Assembly (NCBI GenBank): GCA_964016885.1
Contig: OZ024747.1
Coordinates: forward strand, 13,950,001 to 14,014,000
Length of the DNA: 64,000 nt
From: Eledone cirrhosa
Taxonomy: Eukaryota
Direction: 5' to 3'
In this document: one piece after another, positions 26,176 to 38,472 of the stretch
Layout: the number at the start of each line of letters is the position of its first letter
How positions within the stretch are numbered: position 1 is the first letter of the stretch
Notes under the pieces: generated by a model
Database searches by the model: none
Seen by the model: only the letters and a program-made list of their open reading frames with translations
Told to the model about the DNA's origin: nothing
Position numbers and translations under genes: made by a program

Positions 26176-28941
26176 TCAGGTGTAGTTTTGGCGTATTTCG
26201 GGAAGCATGAGTGTCTTAAAGGATGCAGTGTCTCGGCAGCTAACAATTGACGCAGGCAGTTTGTTCCATGTTTCAGCAACTCTGAGCGTGAAAAAATGTC
26301 TGCGAAAGTCATGGGAGCTGTGCTGTTTTCTTATCTTGTAGGCATGTCCACGTGTGTTAGATACATGGAGATCAAAGAGGCGCTCAGGGTTGCAGTTGGC
26401 GAGATGGTTAAAAACTTTGTGGGTATTCACCAAGTCCACTGCCAGACGTCGGAGCTTCAATGAATCCATGCCCAGGGAAGCAAGGCGTTCAGAGTATGGT
26501 AGGTGTCTGATGGAGGGTATGCGCTTGGTTGCACGTCTCTGAACAGTTTCCAGGAGGTCAATGTTCCGAGCAAGATAGGGGTTCCAGACTGATGATGCGA
26601 ATTCCAAGTGTGGTCGCACCATAGCTGTATACAGTTTTAAATAGATGGCTGGAGAGCGGCTAACAAAGGTCTTGCTGAGTGATGCCAAGACACCCTCGGC
26701 CTTCTTGACAATCTTAGAGACATGCTTTGTCCAACGCAAATCGTTGCTGACAGTAATGCCCAGGTCACGTTCACAAGAGGACTTTTTGATGTCAGTGTTG
26801 TGGAGGGAGTATGTGGACGCTGGATTTTTCCTTCCAAAATGCATGGTGGTACACTTGTCCACAGCCAGCTTCAGTTGCCAGTCTGTGATCCATTGCTGCA
26901 TTGTGTCCAGGTCTGATTGTAGGAAAGAGTTGTAAATTTCAGGATCAGTCCTTTTGATTTCAAGGTACAGCTTGATGTCATCTGCATATTTTAGTACCGT
27001 GGCATTCTGTAAGTTGGCATCTATGTCATTAATATATGCCACAAACAAAAGAGGACCAAGAACAGATCCCTGTGGTACACCAGATGACATCTCATATGGT
27101 GAAGAATGCTGTCCTAGAACTGTGACTACTTCCTTTCGGCTGAGAATGAAGGATTTCAGCCAGTCGAAAAGATCATCCCTCACACCCATTGCAGAGAGTT
27201 TTGCCATAAGTCTTTTGTGTGGCACAGAATTAAAAGCCTTAGCAAAGTCAAGGTAAACAACATCCACCCATGAGCCGCTGTCAGTGATCCGGGTGATGTC
27301 CTCAAGGAACTCGATAAGCTGATCACAGCAGCTGGAGTTAGGGATAAATCCAAACTGTGAGGGCCGGATGAGGCTGTGAGAGCTCCAGAAGTTCCAAAGT
27401 GTTTCTCTGACACAGGATTCCATCAGTTTGGCCATACAGCTAGTAAGACTGACTGGACGATAGTTGACAGGTGACATGCGGTTGCCCTTTTTGAACAGGG
27501 GAATGACACTGGCAGTTTTCCACTGCTCTGGAGTAGCACCATTGCTGAGACAGTATTGAAAGAAAAAAGAAAGCTGGCGCAAAAGGAAATCCCCGCCACG
27601 TTTGAGAAGCAGGTATGTCACACCATCAAGACCAGGGGAGGCATAGTTGCGCTTATTCTTAAGGTGACGTCGCAACATTGCAGGTGTAAATTCCATAGTT
27701 GTTATGGAATTTGATGTTAGAGATGGTGGAGATGGTACATTCTGGTTTTCAACAGTAAAAATACTTGCATAGCACTCAGCAATGAGTTCTGCGCATTCCT
27801 TGGGATCGTCAGTGATCTGGCTTGTGTGGGGATTGCGAAGAGGACCAACTGGAGAGTGAGGTCTCTGCTTTGAATGAACATATTTCCAGAACACCTTACT
27901 GTCGGGATTGGTTGCGATGCACTGTTCAAATTCAAGCACTGCCTTCTTTGTCACTTGCTTGAGATGGTTAGAAGATTTATTCCGCTTTTTTCTGTTGGCA
28001 TCTGATCTATGCAGTTTATATTCCCGTTCAGCGTTCCGACGTTCTTTCCTGGCAAGTCGGACTGCTGAAGTTTCCCAGATTGCACTTTTGGGGTGGTTAT
28101 TTTTCCGCTTCCGTGGCACTGATGCTGCACACGCTATCCATATTGAGTCCAGGATGCTCTGGAGTATAGAGTTCACATCTCCAGAGTTATACATCTCATG
28201 CCAGTTTGGGCGCTGTAGCTCAGTGCAGTACAAGTTCCAATCTGCCCTCTTCCAATCAAAGCAAGCAGATTGGAGATGGCTCTGGTTTTTGTTGCTGCCC
28301 TCAAGTGCCAGATTGGCAATGATCATAGCATGATCAGAGTCGCCTAGAGGTTCCTCAGTAGTACAACTGATAACCACTTCAGGAGTAGTGGTGAAGATCA
28401 GGTCCAAAGTGTTGTCACCTCTTGTTGGAGAGGTGACTACTTGTGACCAGTTTGAGTCCAGCACTAGTTCAAGGAAATCGTTTGCACCCTGTGGCCAACG
28501 AAAGGTTTCCCAATCGATCTCAGGATGATTGAAGTCACCTGCAATAAACACATAAGTGGCTGTTTTCTTGGCAGCAACTCTGAGGATATCGCAAAGCTGT
28601 GTGTCCTGGTGGTAGTTTGGGGGGCGATAAACAACACCAAGCAGAAGTGTTGACATGGTCATACGTATGTCACAGAAAAAAACTTCTTCCTGTGATTCGT
28701 TCAAATCAACGCAAGGAATTACCGAAAAGTTTGAACGAACGTAGACCATCACACCACCACCACGGCGGTTAATGCGGTCCTTGCGGAAAAGGTTGTACCC
28801 AGTAATGGTGAAAACCCCATCACAGAGTAAGGAATGTGCCCATGTTTCCGTGACTGTGATGAAGTCAGGGTCGATGCTTCTGACGTAGGATTCAAACAGA
28901 TGTATCTTGTTGCATAAACTGCGAGCATTTAAGGACAACAA
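26176..28941 (-). CDS. LINE ORF2: APE endonuclease + reverse transcriptase, 921 codons uninterrupted
   Basis: EN motifs NARS, VTETW, GDFN, TRG..LDL, SDH; RT motifs YRPVSLTS, QFGF, LDFAKAF, GVPQGSVLGP, YADD; C-terminal TRGH...WN.LP. Confidence 0.95.
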   Translation of the reverse strand: MLSLNARSLCNKIHLFESYVRSIDPDFITVTETWAHSLLCDGVFTITGYNLFRKDRINRRGGGVMVYVRSNFSVIPCVDLNESQEEVFFCDIRMTMSTLLLGVVYRPPNYHQDTQLCDILRVAAKKTATYVFIAGDFNHPEIDWETFRWPQGANDFLELVLDSNWSQVVTSPTRGDNTLDLIFTTTPEVVISCTTEEPLGDSDHAMIIANLALEGSNKNQSHLQSACFDWKRADWNLYCTELQRPNWHEMYNSGDVNSILQSILDSIWIACAASVPRKRKNNHPKSAIWETSAVRLARKERRNAEREYKLHRSDANRKKRNKSSNHLKQVTKKAVLEFEQCIATNPDSKVFWKYVHSKQRPHSPVGPLRNPHTSQITDDPKECAELIAECYASIFTVENQNVPSPPSLTSNSITTMEFTPAMLRRHLKNKRNYASPGLDGVTYLLLKRGGDFLLRQLSFFFQYCLSNGATPEQWKTASVIPLFKKGNRMSPVNYRPVSLTSCMAKLMESCVRETLWNFWSSHSLIRPSQFGFIPNSSCCDQLIEFLEDITRITDSGSWVDVVYLDFAKAFNSVPHKRLMAKLSAMGVRDDLFDWLKSFILSRKEVVTVLGQHSSPYEMSSGVPQGSVLGPLLFVAYINDIDANLQNATVLKYADDIKLYLEIKRTDPEIYNSFLQSDLDTMQQWITDWQLKLAVDKCTTMHFGRKNPASTYSLHNTDIKKSSCERDLGITVSNDLRWTKHVSKIVKKAEGVLASLSKTFVSRSPAIYLKLYTAMVRPHLEFASSVWNPYLARNIDLLETVQRRATKRIPSIRHLPYSERLASLGMDSLKLRRLAVDLVNTHKVFNHLANCNPERLFDLHVSNTRGHAYKIRKQHSSHDFRRHFFTLRVAETWNKLPASIVSCRDTASFKTLMLPEIRQNYT

Positions 28942-28997
28942 TTTGTACCCTGCTCGCAGTTTATGATGGTGTGTAGAGGGTGGCAGGTTGTTCTGGT

Positions 28998-29441
28998 TTA
29001 GTTTCCCAGAGTTGTAGCAGTTTTTACATTGCCAGTTATTGTGGGTAGATCACACTCAGACCAGCTGGTATCTCTCTTCCACGTTTCACCAGCCTTGACA
29101 AACCTCCAGATCTGCCCATCATCACGCAGACTGAAACTTTCATCTTGTGCTGAGTTCCGATTCAAGGAAGCTGCAGCACGTAGTTTTGGACGTACATGGG
29201 GTGGTAGGCCTGGGCGTGTTCGGAAGGTAATCCGATTTTCACGCCCAGCTTTAGCAGAGGCCAGATGATATGAGGTTGCCTCTGCGGGGTCCGAGAAAGA
29301 CAGCCTGATGAGTCTGGGTTTTGGACCAGGTCGACCAAGGCGGAGGGCACCCTTTGGGGGAACACAGCCTAGGTCTTTGGCCGAGCTGGCAGCAAATGCC
29401 TGAAGATCGGCCTTGTCCTCTGGTACCCCAATGGCAATCAC
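28998..29441 (-). CDS. LINE ORF1 C-terminal part
   Basis: Open frame directly upstream of ORF2; GVPE...RLG....RPxxxxF-like pattern typical of CR1/L2 ORF1; ends LGN-stop. Confidence 0.7.
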   Translation of the reverse strand: MIAIGVPEDKADLQAFAASSAKDLGCVPPKGALRLGRPGPKPRLIRLSFSDPAEATSYHLASAKAGRENRITFRTRPGLPPHVRPKLRAAASLNRNSAQDESFSLRDDGQIWRFVKAGETWKRDTSWSECDLPTITGNVKTATTLGN

Positions 29442-29823
29442 TTCATGGTTATGTCCTTCAGCAAGACACTTTATTTCACGTTGCTCCTTCTATGTGGAGT
29501 TGTGACCGATAGATAGTATTAGCAATTGGAAAGACCAATGGAAGCATTGTTTCCTCGGTCCGATTTGAACTGTGGTTTTGTTGTCATGGCATCAGCACTA
29601 CCACTTTATAGTGTGAACTGGCTTCATTTTATCTATGAATATATAGATATTGACACATTTTGGGTTGGAAATTGGTTGAGTCTGTCTTATTACAGTCTTT
29701 CTCCTTTCTTTTACTCTGTAGTACTGTGTGTCTATGTGTTTGTACATACAATCTTAAGCTCAATTTGATATTCAAACCAGGTTTTTACTTCATAACCTAC
29801 ATTCTTCATAGCTGTATTTCCAC

Positions 29824-29895
<72 letters not shown>

Positions 29896-29919
29896 ATATA
29901 TATACACACACACTCACAC

Positions 29920-29957
<38 letters not shown>

Positions 29958-30295
29958 TTATGAATTTTATAAGAAAAGAAAAAGAGAATTGTTTAGTTAC
30001 TTTTAGCAAAAGCAAAAGCATAATTGTTTGGTAAAGCAAAACATATGTACATTGTTTAGCATTGTTATCGTTATTATCACTATTATTATTACTATTATGG
30101 TTGTTTATTGTTATTATTATGCCTTCTATTCAGTAAGGAATTGGCCTATGGCTATTTTGGATGAAGATAATGACTGGTTTATAAGTCTTGCTTTCATTAA
30201 CTGGAGATTGTGAAAGAGATTCAAATTTCAGTGAAATACATCTCCGGAAACTATGAAATCTATTATAACAGAGAAACAAACAAATATATAAACAA

Positions 30296-30331
<36 letters not shown>

Positions 30332-30677
30332 GATGATTGATGATAACAATAAAAACTATATGAATAATTCTCTAATGTAGCCGTTCAGTTTTTCCAAACA
30401 TAATAGGAAAACTCTTAACCGTAAGGTGGGTAGGGATTTGTTTCTGTGTGTGTGTGTATATAGTGGTGGGGGTTGGGATTGGAGAACTTTCCTTTACATA
30501 TATTATTCTTCATAGTGCTAAGAACTATTTATTTTTCCTGTCTGTTATTCATTACAATATTATTAGCCCAAATTTTCTCTACCTTCTCTCTCTCTCTCTC
30601 AGAAACTCCTTCCTTTTAAAAAGATCCTTTTCGAAAAAAAAAAAAAAAAAAATAGATATACATATATATATATACAC

Positions 30678-30746
<69 letters not shown>

Positions 30747-32699
30747 CACATACACAAACCACTGAAGTACAAAAGAAAAAAAAAGGAATGAAAAATATTG
30801 AGGGGAAGAAAAGAAGTAGAAAAAAATAGATATTGAATCTTCCATGGTTGTTTGTGTATGAGGGTTTTTTTTTTGTTGAAAAATCTGGTATTTCTATTCT
30901 TCTTTAGAAGCTGAATGTTTTTGGGATATTCTTCCATCAATCTCTAGTGTATAGAATTTCAGGCTGTTTATTTCTCCTAAGCTTTTATTCAATTCCGGTT
31001 CTTTATTCCGTTTCTTCCCTGGCTGTTGTTTTCTAATGGACAGCTTAGCTATTTTTACTACGTTCTATGGCTTCTCTGTTCTTTGCAAAACACCAGCAGG
31101 TGGTGTGTGGGGCTTGGTTGTTTGTGGGTGGTGGTGTTTGTCTGGACTTTATCTCCCAACACAAACCAAAACGCGAGAGTCGACAATATATCTTGCCTGT
31201 ATCACTTGCCGTTGGCACTGGCACCTTTATCTGCTAATTACACGGGCCATTGTGCCTGCGTCTGCTTTGTTGAGGATAAAGAGCCCAGCGGGCTGGTGTA
31301 TGGTGTGATGTGGTGTAGTGTAGTGTGGTGTGGTGTGGTGCAGTGAGTGTAGATGTGTGGTGTCGAAAGATGGATGATGGCGAAGAAAGCGATATGAGGT
31401 GGAAGGGTTGGGAAGATTTTAATGCTGTATTTCACTGCTGAATCTTAGCTCTATCAGTTATCTCAATAGCTTGAGGGGCAATCCTAACTTGATGTTGACC
31501 TTCTGGCTGATAAGTACTGACTAAATGCAGTGATAGAACTTGTTTATTTTGTCATTATATGCCAATACTAGAAACCTCTGTGTGTCTCCTGTGTGTGTAT
31601 GTATGTATGTGTGCATTTCCTTGTGTATGTATGTGTGTGTTTGCAATGGATTTTTATCTTTGCTCTACTAATCAGCTTAGTGTATTGTTCTCGACACTTG
31701 CTGTATCGACAGCACTTTTCGCGCTCCTGGAAAGGAATTTTGTTGAAATTGTGTGCTTGTTTCGATTAAAACTTTGCCCACCATTGTTTGTTTAGTTGTT
31801 GTGGTTTCTTCATCACCACCCCCTAGTCCCTCACATCCCAACCCAACGTCCTCATCCCCTGCTCCTTCTTGTATTCATCTACATCTTCATCATCTTCGCC
31901 CCACACACCCTCACTGTTCTTCACCTCCACACTATCACACATGTTCTCTGTATAAATAGTTCAGATTAGAATGTCTAATTAAGCTGTTGGGTTGTGGTGT
32001 GTTGTGTTGGGTTTTGATTGCGTATGTGTGTGTGAGGACTCTGTCTCTGTGTTTGTGAGAGAGAGAGAGAGAGAGAGGTGTATGTGTGTGTATGTTGCAT
32101 GTATATGTGTGAGGACTGTGTCTGTGTGTGTGTGAGAGAGGTCTATGAGTGTATATGTGCGAGTGTTTGTGAGAAAGAGGTCTATGAGTGTTTATGTGTG
32201 TGGTTCTGTGTCACACTTGTTACCAAAAACCTCTCAATGAATATCTGCCACAGAAGCCACCAGTATTTCTGCTGACATCATTTTGCATTGATGAGAAACC
32301 TGCAATAAGTTATTTGTCACTTAGAAGTAATGACCTTTTTGAATTTCTCCAAGACGGAGAGAAAGCAACTGAGACAATTCAACTAACATAGATAGTCAAA
32401 CAGTTTTATTCTTCTTCTTTATTTATCTATCTATCTATTATCATTATTATTATTATTATTTTTATTTATTATTTTTTTAAATAATTTATTTTTTGTTTTT
32501 GTTGTTTTTGTTATTGTTGTTGTTGTCGTCATCATCATCATCATCATTATTATTATTTTTATTGTTATTTTACCTCACTAGTCAGTTTTCCTCTCCTCAT
32601 AACTATTATTGCTTTTGTATTATTGTCTGATGAGTTGGTGATGGCGGGTTGGGAGTGGAGGAGGATGTGGGTGTTTGAAACCTTTCAGCGTGTGTGTGT

Positions 32700-33590
32700 G
32701 TGTATGTGCGTGTGTGTGTATACATCTTCTGAATGTGTCTGCTTTCAGTGTGTGTGTGTGTGTGCCTGTGTGTGTATAGATCTTTTGAATATGTCTGTGT
32801 ATATACATCTTTCTCTGTGTGTATACATCTTCTAAATGTGTATGTGTGTATATACATCTTCTAAATGTGTATGTGTGTATATACATCTTCTAAATGTGTG
32901 TGTGTGTGTGTATATACATCTTCCCCTGTGTGTGTATGTATGTGTGGGTGTGTGAGTACACATCTTCTAAATGTGTTTGTGTGTATATATATCTTCCTCT
33001 CCTGTGTGTGTGAGTACACATCTTCTAAATGTGTTTGTGTGTATATATGTCTTCCTCTCCTGTGTGTGTGAGTACACATCTTCTAAATGTGTTTGTGTGT
33101 ATATATGTCTTCCTCTCCTGTGTGTGTGAGTACACATCTTCTAAATGTGTTTGTGTGTATATATATCTTCCTCTCCTGTGTGTGTGAGTACACATCTTCT
33201 AAATGTGTTTGTGTGTATATATATCTTCCTCTCCTGTGTGTGTGAGTACACATCTTCTAAATGTGTTTGTGTGTATATATATCTTCCTCTCCTGTGTGTG
33301 TGAGTACACATCTTCTAAATGTGTTTGTGTGTATATATATCTTCCTCTCCTGTGTGTGTGAGTACACATCTTCTAAATGTATCTGTGTGTGTATATATCT
33401 TCCTTTCCTGTGTGTGTGTGTATATACATCTTCCCCTGTGTGTGTGTGTATATACATCTTCCCCTGTGTGTGTATGTATGTGTGGATGTGTGAGTACACA
33501 TCTTCTAAATGTGTCTGTGTGTGTGTATATATCTTCCTCTCCTGTGTGTGTGTGTGTGTGTATATGTGTGTTAGTGAGAGTATGTGAGTA
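32700..33590. repeat. About 59-bp TG-rich minisatellite (GAGTACACATCTTCTAAATGTGTTTGTGTGTATATATATCTTCCTCTCCTGTGTGTGT)
   Basis: Tandem units, homogeneous between 32955 and 33380. Confidence 0.85.
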
Positions 33591-34260
33591 CATGTTTGCG
33601 GTTAATCTTCCAACACCACCAGCGATATGATGTTTTCAGTCGCCAATAACAACAATACATTGAATACCTTAAGATTGTTCTAGAAGAAAAATAACCAACA
33701 AACATAGAAACAACTAAAAACAACAGCTAATATGTCACTGTGCAGGAGAAGGTGGAAGGGGAGAAGGAGGGGGAGGGGGAGAATTGCAATATTTAAACAA
33801 AAATTTTTTTTGGTAAATTAAAAAAAAAAAATGTTTAACTCTATTTCAATTTCTTGATAAAAGACAGATTGGCAATAACATAGCTTGTAGCTTGTTGTAT
33901 TAATTGATTTGAACCTTCGAAAATATTTCAATTAAAAACAAACCAGCATTATGTTTCTCTCTCTCTCTACCATTCCTATCCCATCTCTCTCTTTCCCTCT
34001 CTCTATTTTCTCTTTCCCTCTCTCTATTTTCTCTTTCTCTCTCTCTCTATTTTCTCTTTCCCTCTCTCTCTCTTTTCTCTTTCTCTCTCTTTTCTCTTTC
34101 TCTCTCTCTCTTTCTCTCCCCTCTATTTATCAATCTCTCTATCTCTCCCTTCCTCTCTCACTAATTCTTTCTATCTCCATCTCTCACCCCCACCCACCCT
34201 TTTCTCTCTCATCCTCTCTGTCTCTTTCTCTACCTCTCCCACGTCTCTCACTTTCTCTCC

Positions 34261-34314
<54 letters not shown>

Positions 34315-34820
34315 CTCTTTATTTAGAATTAATCTCAATACTGTGAATAATTGTTAAAATAATAATAATGATAATGATTTCATTTATTAGCCACAAGGGC
34401 CGTAATAATAATAATGATTTCTTTATTGGCCACAAGATAATAATAATATCAGTTCATCAAAGATTATAAAAATGTATAAAATTTAAAAACCAAATAATTA
34501 AGATTTAAAAAAAAAAAATTCTTTTATTGATTTACTTCTATTTAAAAAAACAAGAAAACATTTTCATCATCATCATCATCATTTATTTGGTGACCTCAAC
34601 ATTGAGAGCCACACACCCTTAACCTTCCTATAGCTCCTACTTCGACATTGTGACTTCATGGTTTTATACTTCATGTATTGGTTTCACCTGTGACCAAATT
34701 CTGAAGTAGGATCTGATGTGGTAGGGGCTGAATTGAAAACCACACAAATCTAATATTAGCTCCTTAACCCTTTTGATACCAAACCCCTTGAGATCTTGAT
34801 ATAACATTGCTCATATTGAG

Positions 34821-35282
34821 ATAATAATGAAAATATTGTGTACAGTGCTCAGGTGCACTACAACTCATCAAAAAGTGTATGTATAGTACATAGGGTAATG
34901 TACAAACGTCAGGAAAATGAACAGTGCATGAGTCATGATATACAGATGTGTGCATGTGTATGGAAGGGGGACATCAGGTGTAGTTTTTGCGAATTTTGGG
35001 AAGCATGAGGATTTTAAAGGATGCAGTGTCTCGGCAGCTAACAACTGACGCAGGCAGTTTGTTCTATGCTTCAGCAACTCTAAGCGTGAAAAAATGTTTC
35101 CGAAAGTCATGGGAGCTGTGCTGTTTTCTGATTTTGTTGGCATGTCCACGTGTGTTAGACACATGGAGATCAAAAAGGTGCTCAGGGTTGTTGTTGGCAA
35201 GATGGTTAATAACTTTGTGGGTGTTTACCAAGTCCATTGCCAGACGTCAGAGCTTCAATGAATCCATGCCCAGGGAAGCAAG
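34821..35282 (-). mobile_element. CR1/L2-type LINE 3' fragment
   Basis: Matches the 26026-29445 family 3' end. Confidence 0.9.
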
Positions 35283-37235
35283 ATTTCACCAAATTTTTGC
35301 CTATTATTAAAATTAATTAATACACATAGGCAGTGCATTTCATTGAAAATACTGTAATAAAAAGGTTCTGCTTTTTGTTACCATATGTCTAGTGAATTAC
35401 ACTGCCTATGTGTATCAATTAATTTTCAAAATTTTCAAAATTTAAGGAGATAACTAACATTTCCATTAGTTAGTTGATGTTTGAAATTATACTTAACAAA
35501 AATTCCTCCTCCTCCATTTTCTTTTTATTCTTCTCCTCCTTCTCCCACATATTCCTGGGAGGGTTGTGGGAGCATTGTCCTCAATCACTCCTTCCAGTGG
35601 TCTTCCTGTTAGAAGCAGCCATCTCCAGTTGATCTGGTTGGTTCCCCAAGCGAGACCAGCCGAGTTCATGGATGTTATCCAACCATCTTGTTTGTGGTCT
35701 ACCCCTGGGTCTCTTACCGGTTGGTTTTACCCATAAAATCTGTCCAGCTATTCTTTCTTGAGACATTGTAATCACATGCCCATAGTATCTAAGCTGTAAT
35801 CTCTCAATTTGGAGAAGTAGCGGCTCTACCTGGAGTGACACTTTGATCTCCGAGCTCTGCACTCTACTGAAAAATGTTACTTCAAAGACCCTTCGGAGGA
35901 ACCCCCATTTCAACCATTTGTATTTATGATTGTATTCTTTTGGCCATTATACCTACCTCTTTCCTTCTTCTCTTTAGAAAATGCTGAAACTGGTGCATTA
36001 CTGCACCAGCTCCATAAATATACATGGTATAAAGCGAATCAGGGACAGACAATAAAAATGTTTTAAATAAATACACACACATAATTATATTAGGGATGGG
36101 AAACAGTTTGACACTGTTGAGATTTCAACTCACTCTAAACAAGCACAACTAAACAAGCACAACTAAACAATAAATTATGTTGTGCACGCTCTACCGATTC
36201 TGCCACTTCTCCACCCTTATATAATGTCACAATGTAGTAATACTAAAACAATCAGCGAGTTTCTATGTGGTCTCTCGGCCTATCAGAAAAGAAACTGCAA
36301 CCAAATTTTTAATAGTAGTAGTGGTGGTGGTGGTGGATGTAGTTGTCGTTGTTGTTGTAGTGGTGGTGGTAATAGTGGTAGTGGTGGCGGCGGCGGTGGT
36401 TACAATAATTATAATGAATATTAAATCCAGCTAATTAATACTGTAATTATAACAACTGATTAACAATAAATAATTAACCTAATAATTCAAGGAATTATTC
36501 AATTCTTTTCGAAACTTTAAATGTTAAATTAGCTAAGCTTAAAAAGTGTTGATTCGCAAGATTTGAACACTTATATATATTATATGAAAACTATAAGGAT
36601 GTTAAAATATCTCCAGAGTTCTCTCCCTTACACTTTGTTATTCTCAACATAAGCCAGCAATTTTTACATTGATTTCTAAATGAGATATATATAAGTGTTC
36701 GGTTTTCTCTTCGCTGTTTGTAGCAACTAAACTATATTTCCTCCGAACAGGCATCGCTGCATGGGTAAGAAGTTGGATTCACAACTGCATAATTTTGGAC
36801 ACGATCTCACTGCATACAGCATCTCCAGAATGTGTCTGTTACCATAGGTAGACTGGTTGACTAATGCCTTCCAAGTATAATTTGGTAGCCAAGTATACTG
36901 TACTATGGAATACTATGCTACACTATACTATAATGTGAAGGTGCATGGGTTGTGAGTTCAATTCTCGGACCGGGTGATGCATTGTGTCATTGAGCAAGAC
37001 ACTTTATTTCACGTTGCTCCAGTTTACTCAGCTGTAGAAATGAGTTGTGACGTCACTGGTGCCAAGCTGTATTGGCCATTGCTTTTCCCTTGGACAATAT
37101 CGCTGGCATGGAGAGGGAGACTGGTATGCATGGGTGACTGCTAGTCTTCCACAAACAACCTTGTCTGGACTGTGCCTTGGAGGGAAACTTTCTAGTTGCA
37201 AAACCATGGTCATTCATAACCAAGTGAGGCCTTCA

Positions 37236-38185
37236 ATACTATAATATATATGCTACACTATACTATAATATATATGCTACACTATACTATAATATATATG
37301 CTACAATATACTATAATATATATGCTACACTATACTATAATATATATGCTACAATATACTATAATATATATGCTACACTATACTATAAGATATATGCTAC
37401 AATATACTATAATATATATGCTATAATGTACTATAATATATATGCTACACTATACTATGAGATATATGCTACAATATACTATAATATATATGCTACACTA
37501 TACTATAATATATATGCTACACTATACTATAATATATATGCTACAATATACTATAATATATATGCTACAATATACTATAATATATATGCTACACTATACT
37601 ATAAGATATATGCTACAATATACTATAATATATATGCTACACTATACTATAATATATATGCTACAATATACTATAATATATATGCTACACTATACTATAA
37701 TATATATGCTACAATATACTATAATATATATGCTACACTATACTATAATATATATGCTACAATATACTATAATATATATGCTACACTATACTATAAGATA
37801 TATGCTACAATATACTATAATATATATGCTACACTATACTATAATATATATGCTACAATATACTATAATATATATGCTACACTATACTATAATATATATG
37901 CTACAATGTACTATAATATATATGCTACAATATACTATAATATATATGCTACACTATACTATAAGATATATGCTACACTATACTATAAGATATATGCTAC
38001 ACTATACTATAAGATATATGCTACACTATACTATAAGATATATGCTACACTATACTATAAGATATATGCTACATTATATTATAATATATATAATACACTA
38101 TACTATGATATATATATAATACACTATACTATGATATATATATAATACACTATACTATAGTATAATATATACAATACACTATACT
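37236..38185. repeat. 24-bp minisatellite TATGCTACA(C/A)TATACTATAA(T/G)ATA, about 38 copies
   Basis: Direct tandem repeat. Confidence 0.95.
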
Positions 38186-38247
38186 ATGCTGTGCTATGCT
38201 ATATTTCGCTACATTATACTTTGTTTGCTATACTGTACTATGCTATA

Positions 38248-38472
38248 CTATCCTGTCCTCTACTATACTACACTATCCTGTCCTGTATTATACTACACTA
38301 TCCTGTCCTGTACTATACTACACTATCCTGTCCTGTACTATACTACACTATCCTGTCCTGTACTATACTACACTATCCTGTCCTGTACTATACTACACTA
38401 CACTATCCTGTCCTGTACTATACTACACTATCCTGTCCTGTACTATACTACACTATCCTGTCCTGTACTATA
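38248..38472. repeat. 25-bp minisatellite TATCCTGTCCTGTACTATACTACAC, about 9 copies
   Basis: Direct tandem repeat. Confidence 0.9.

Larger units (their letters stand above)
26026..29445 (-). mobile_element. Young CR1/L2 (Jockey-superfamily) LINE, 5'-truncated within ORF1
   Basis: ORF1 C-terminus + intact ORF2 + 3' UTR + (TTA/TTG) repeat tail; sits within a split family-1 SINE (25826-25900 / 29448-29490). Confidence 0.93.

Noticed and set aside
26354-29512. Plus-strand ORFs overlapping the LINE
   Set aside because: Antisense shadows of ORF1 and ORF2
32627-32690. CTGATGA ... GAAAC as another hammerhead
   Set aside because: No pairing for stems I, II or III
36563-36700. 15-bp inverted repeat GAACACTTATATATA / TATATATAAGTGTTC as a MITE
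   Set aside because: Half of the match is TA repeat; no TSD or second copy seen
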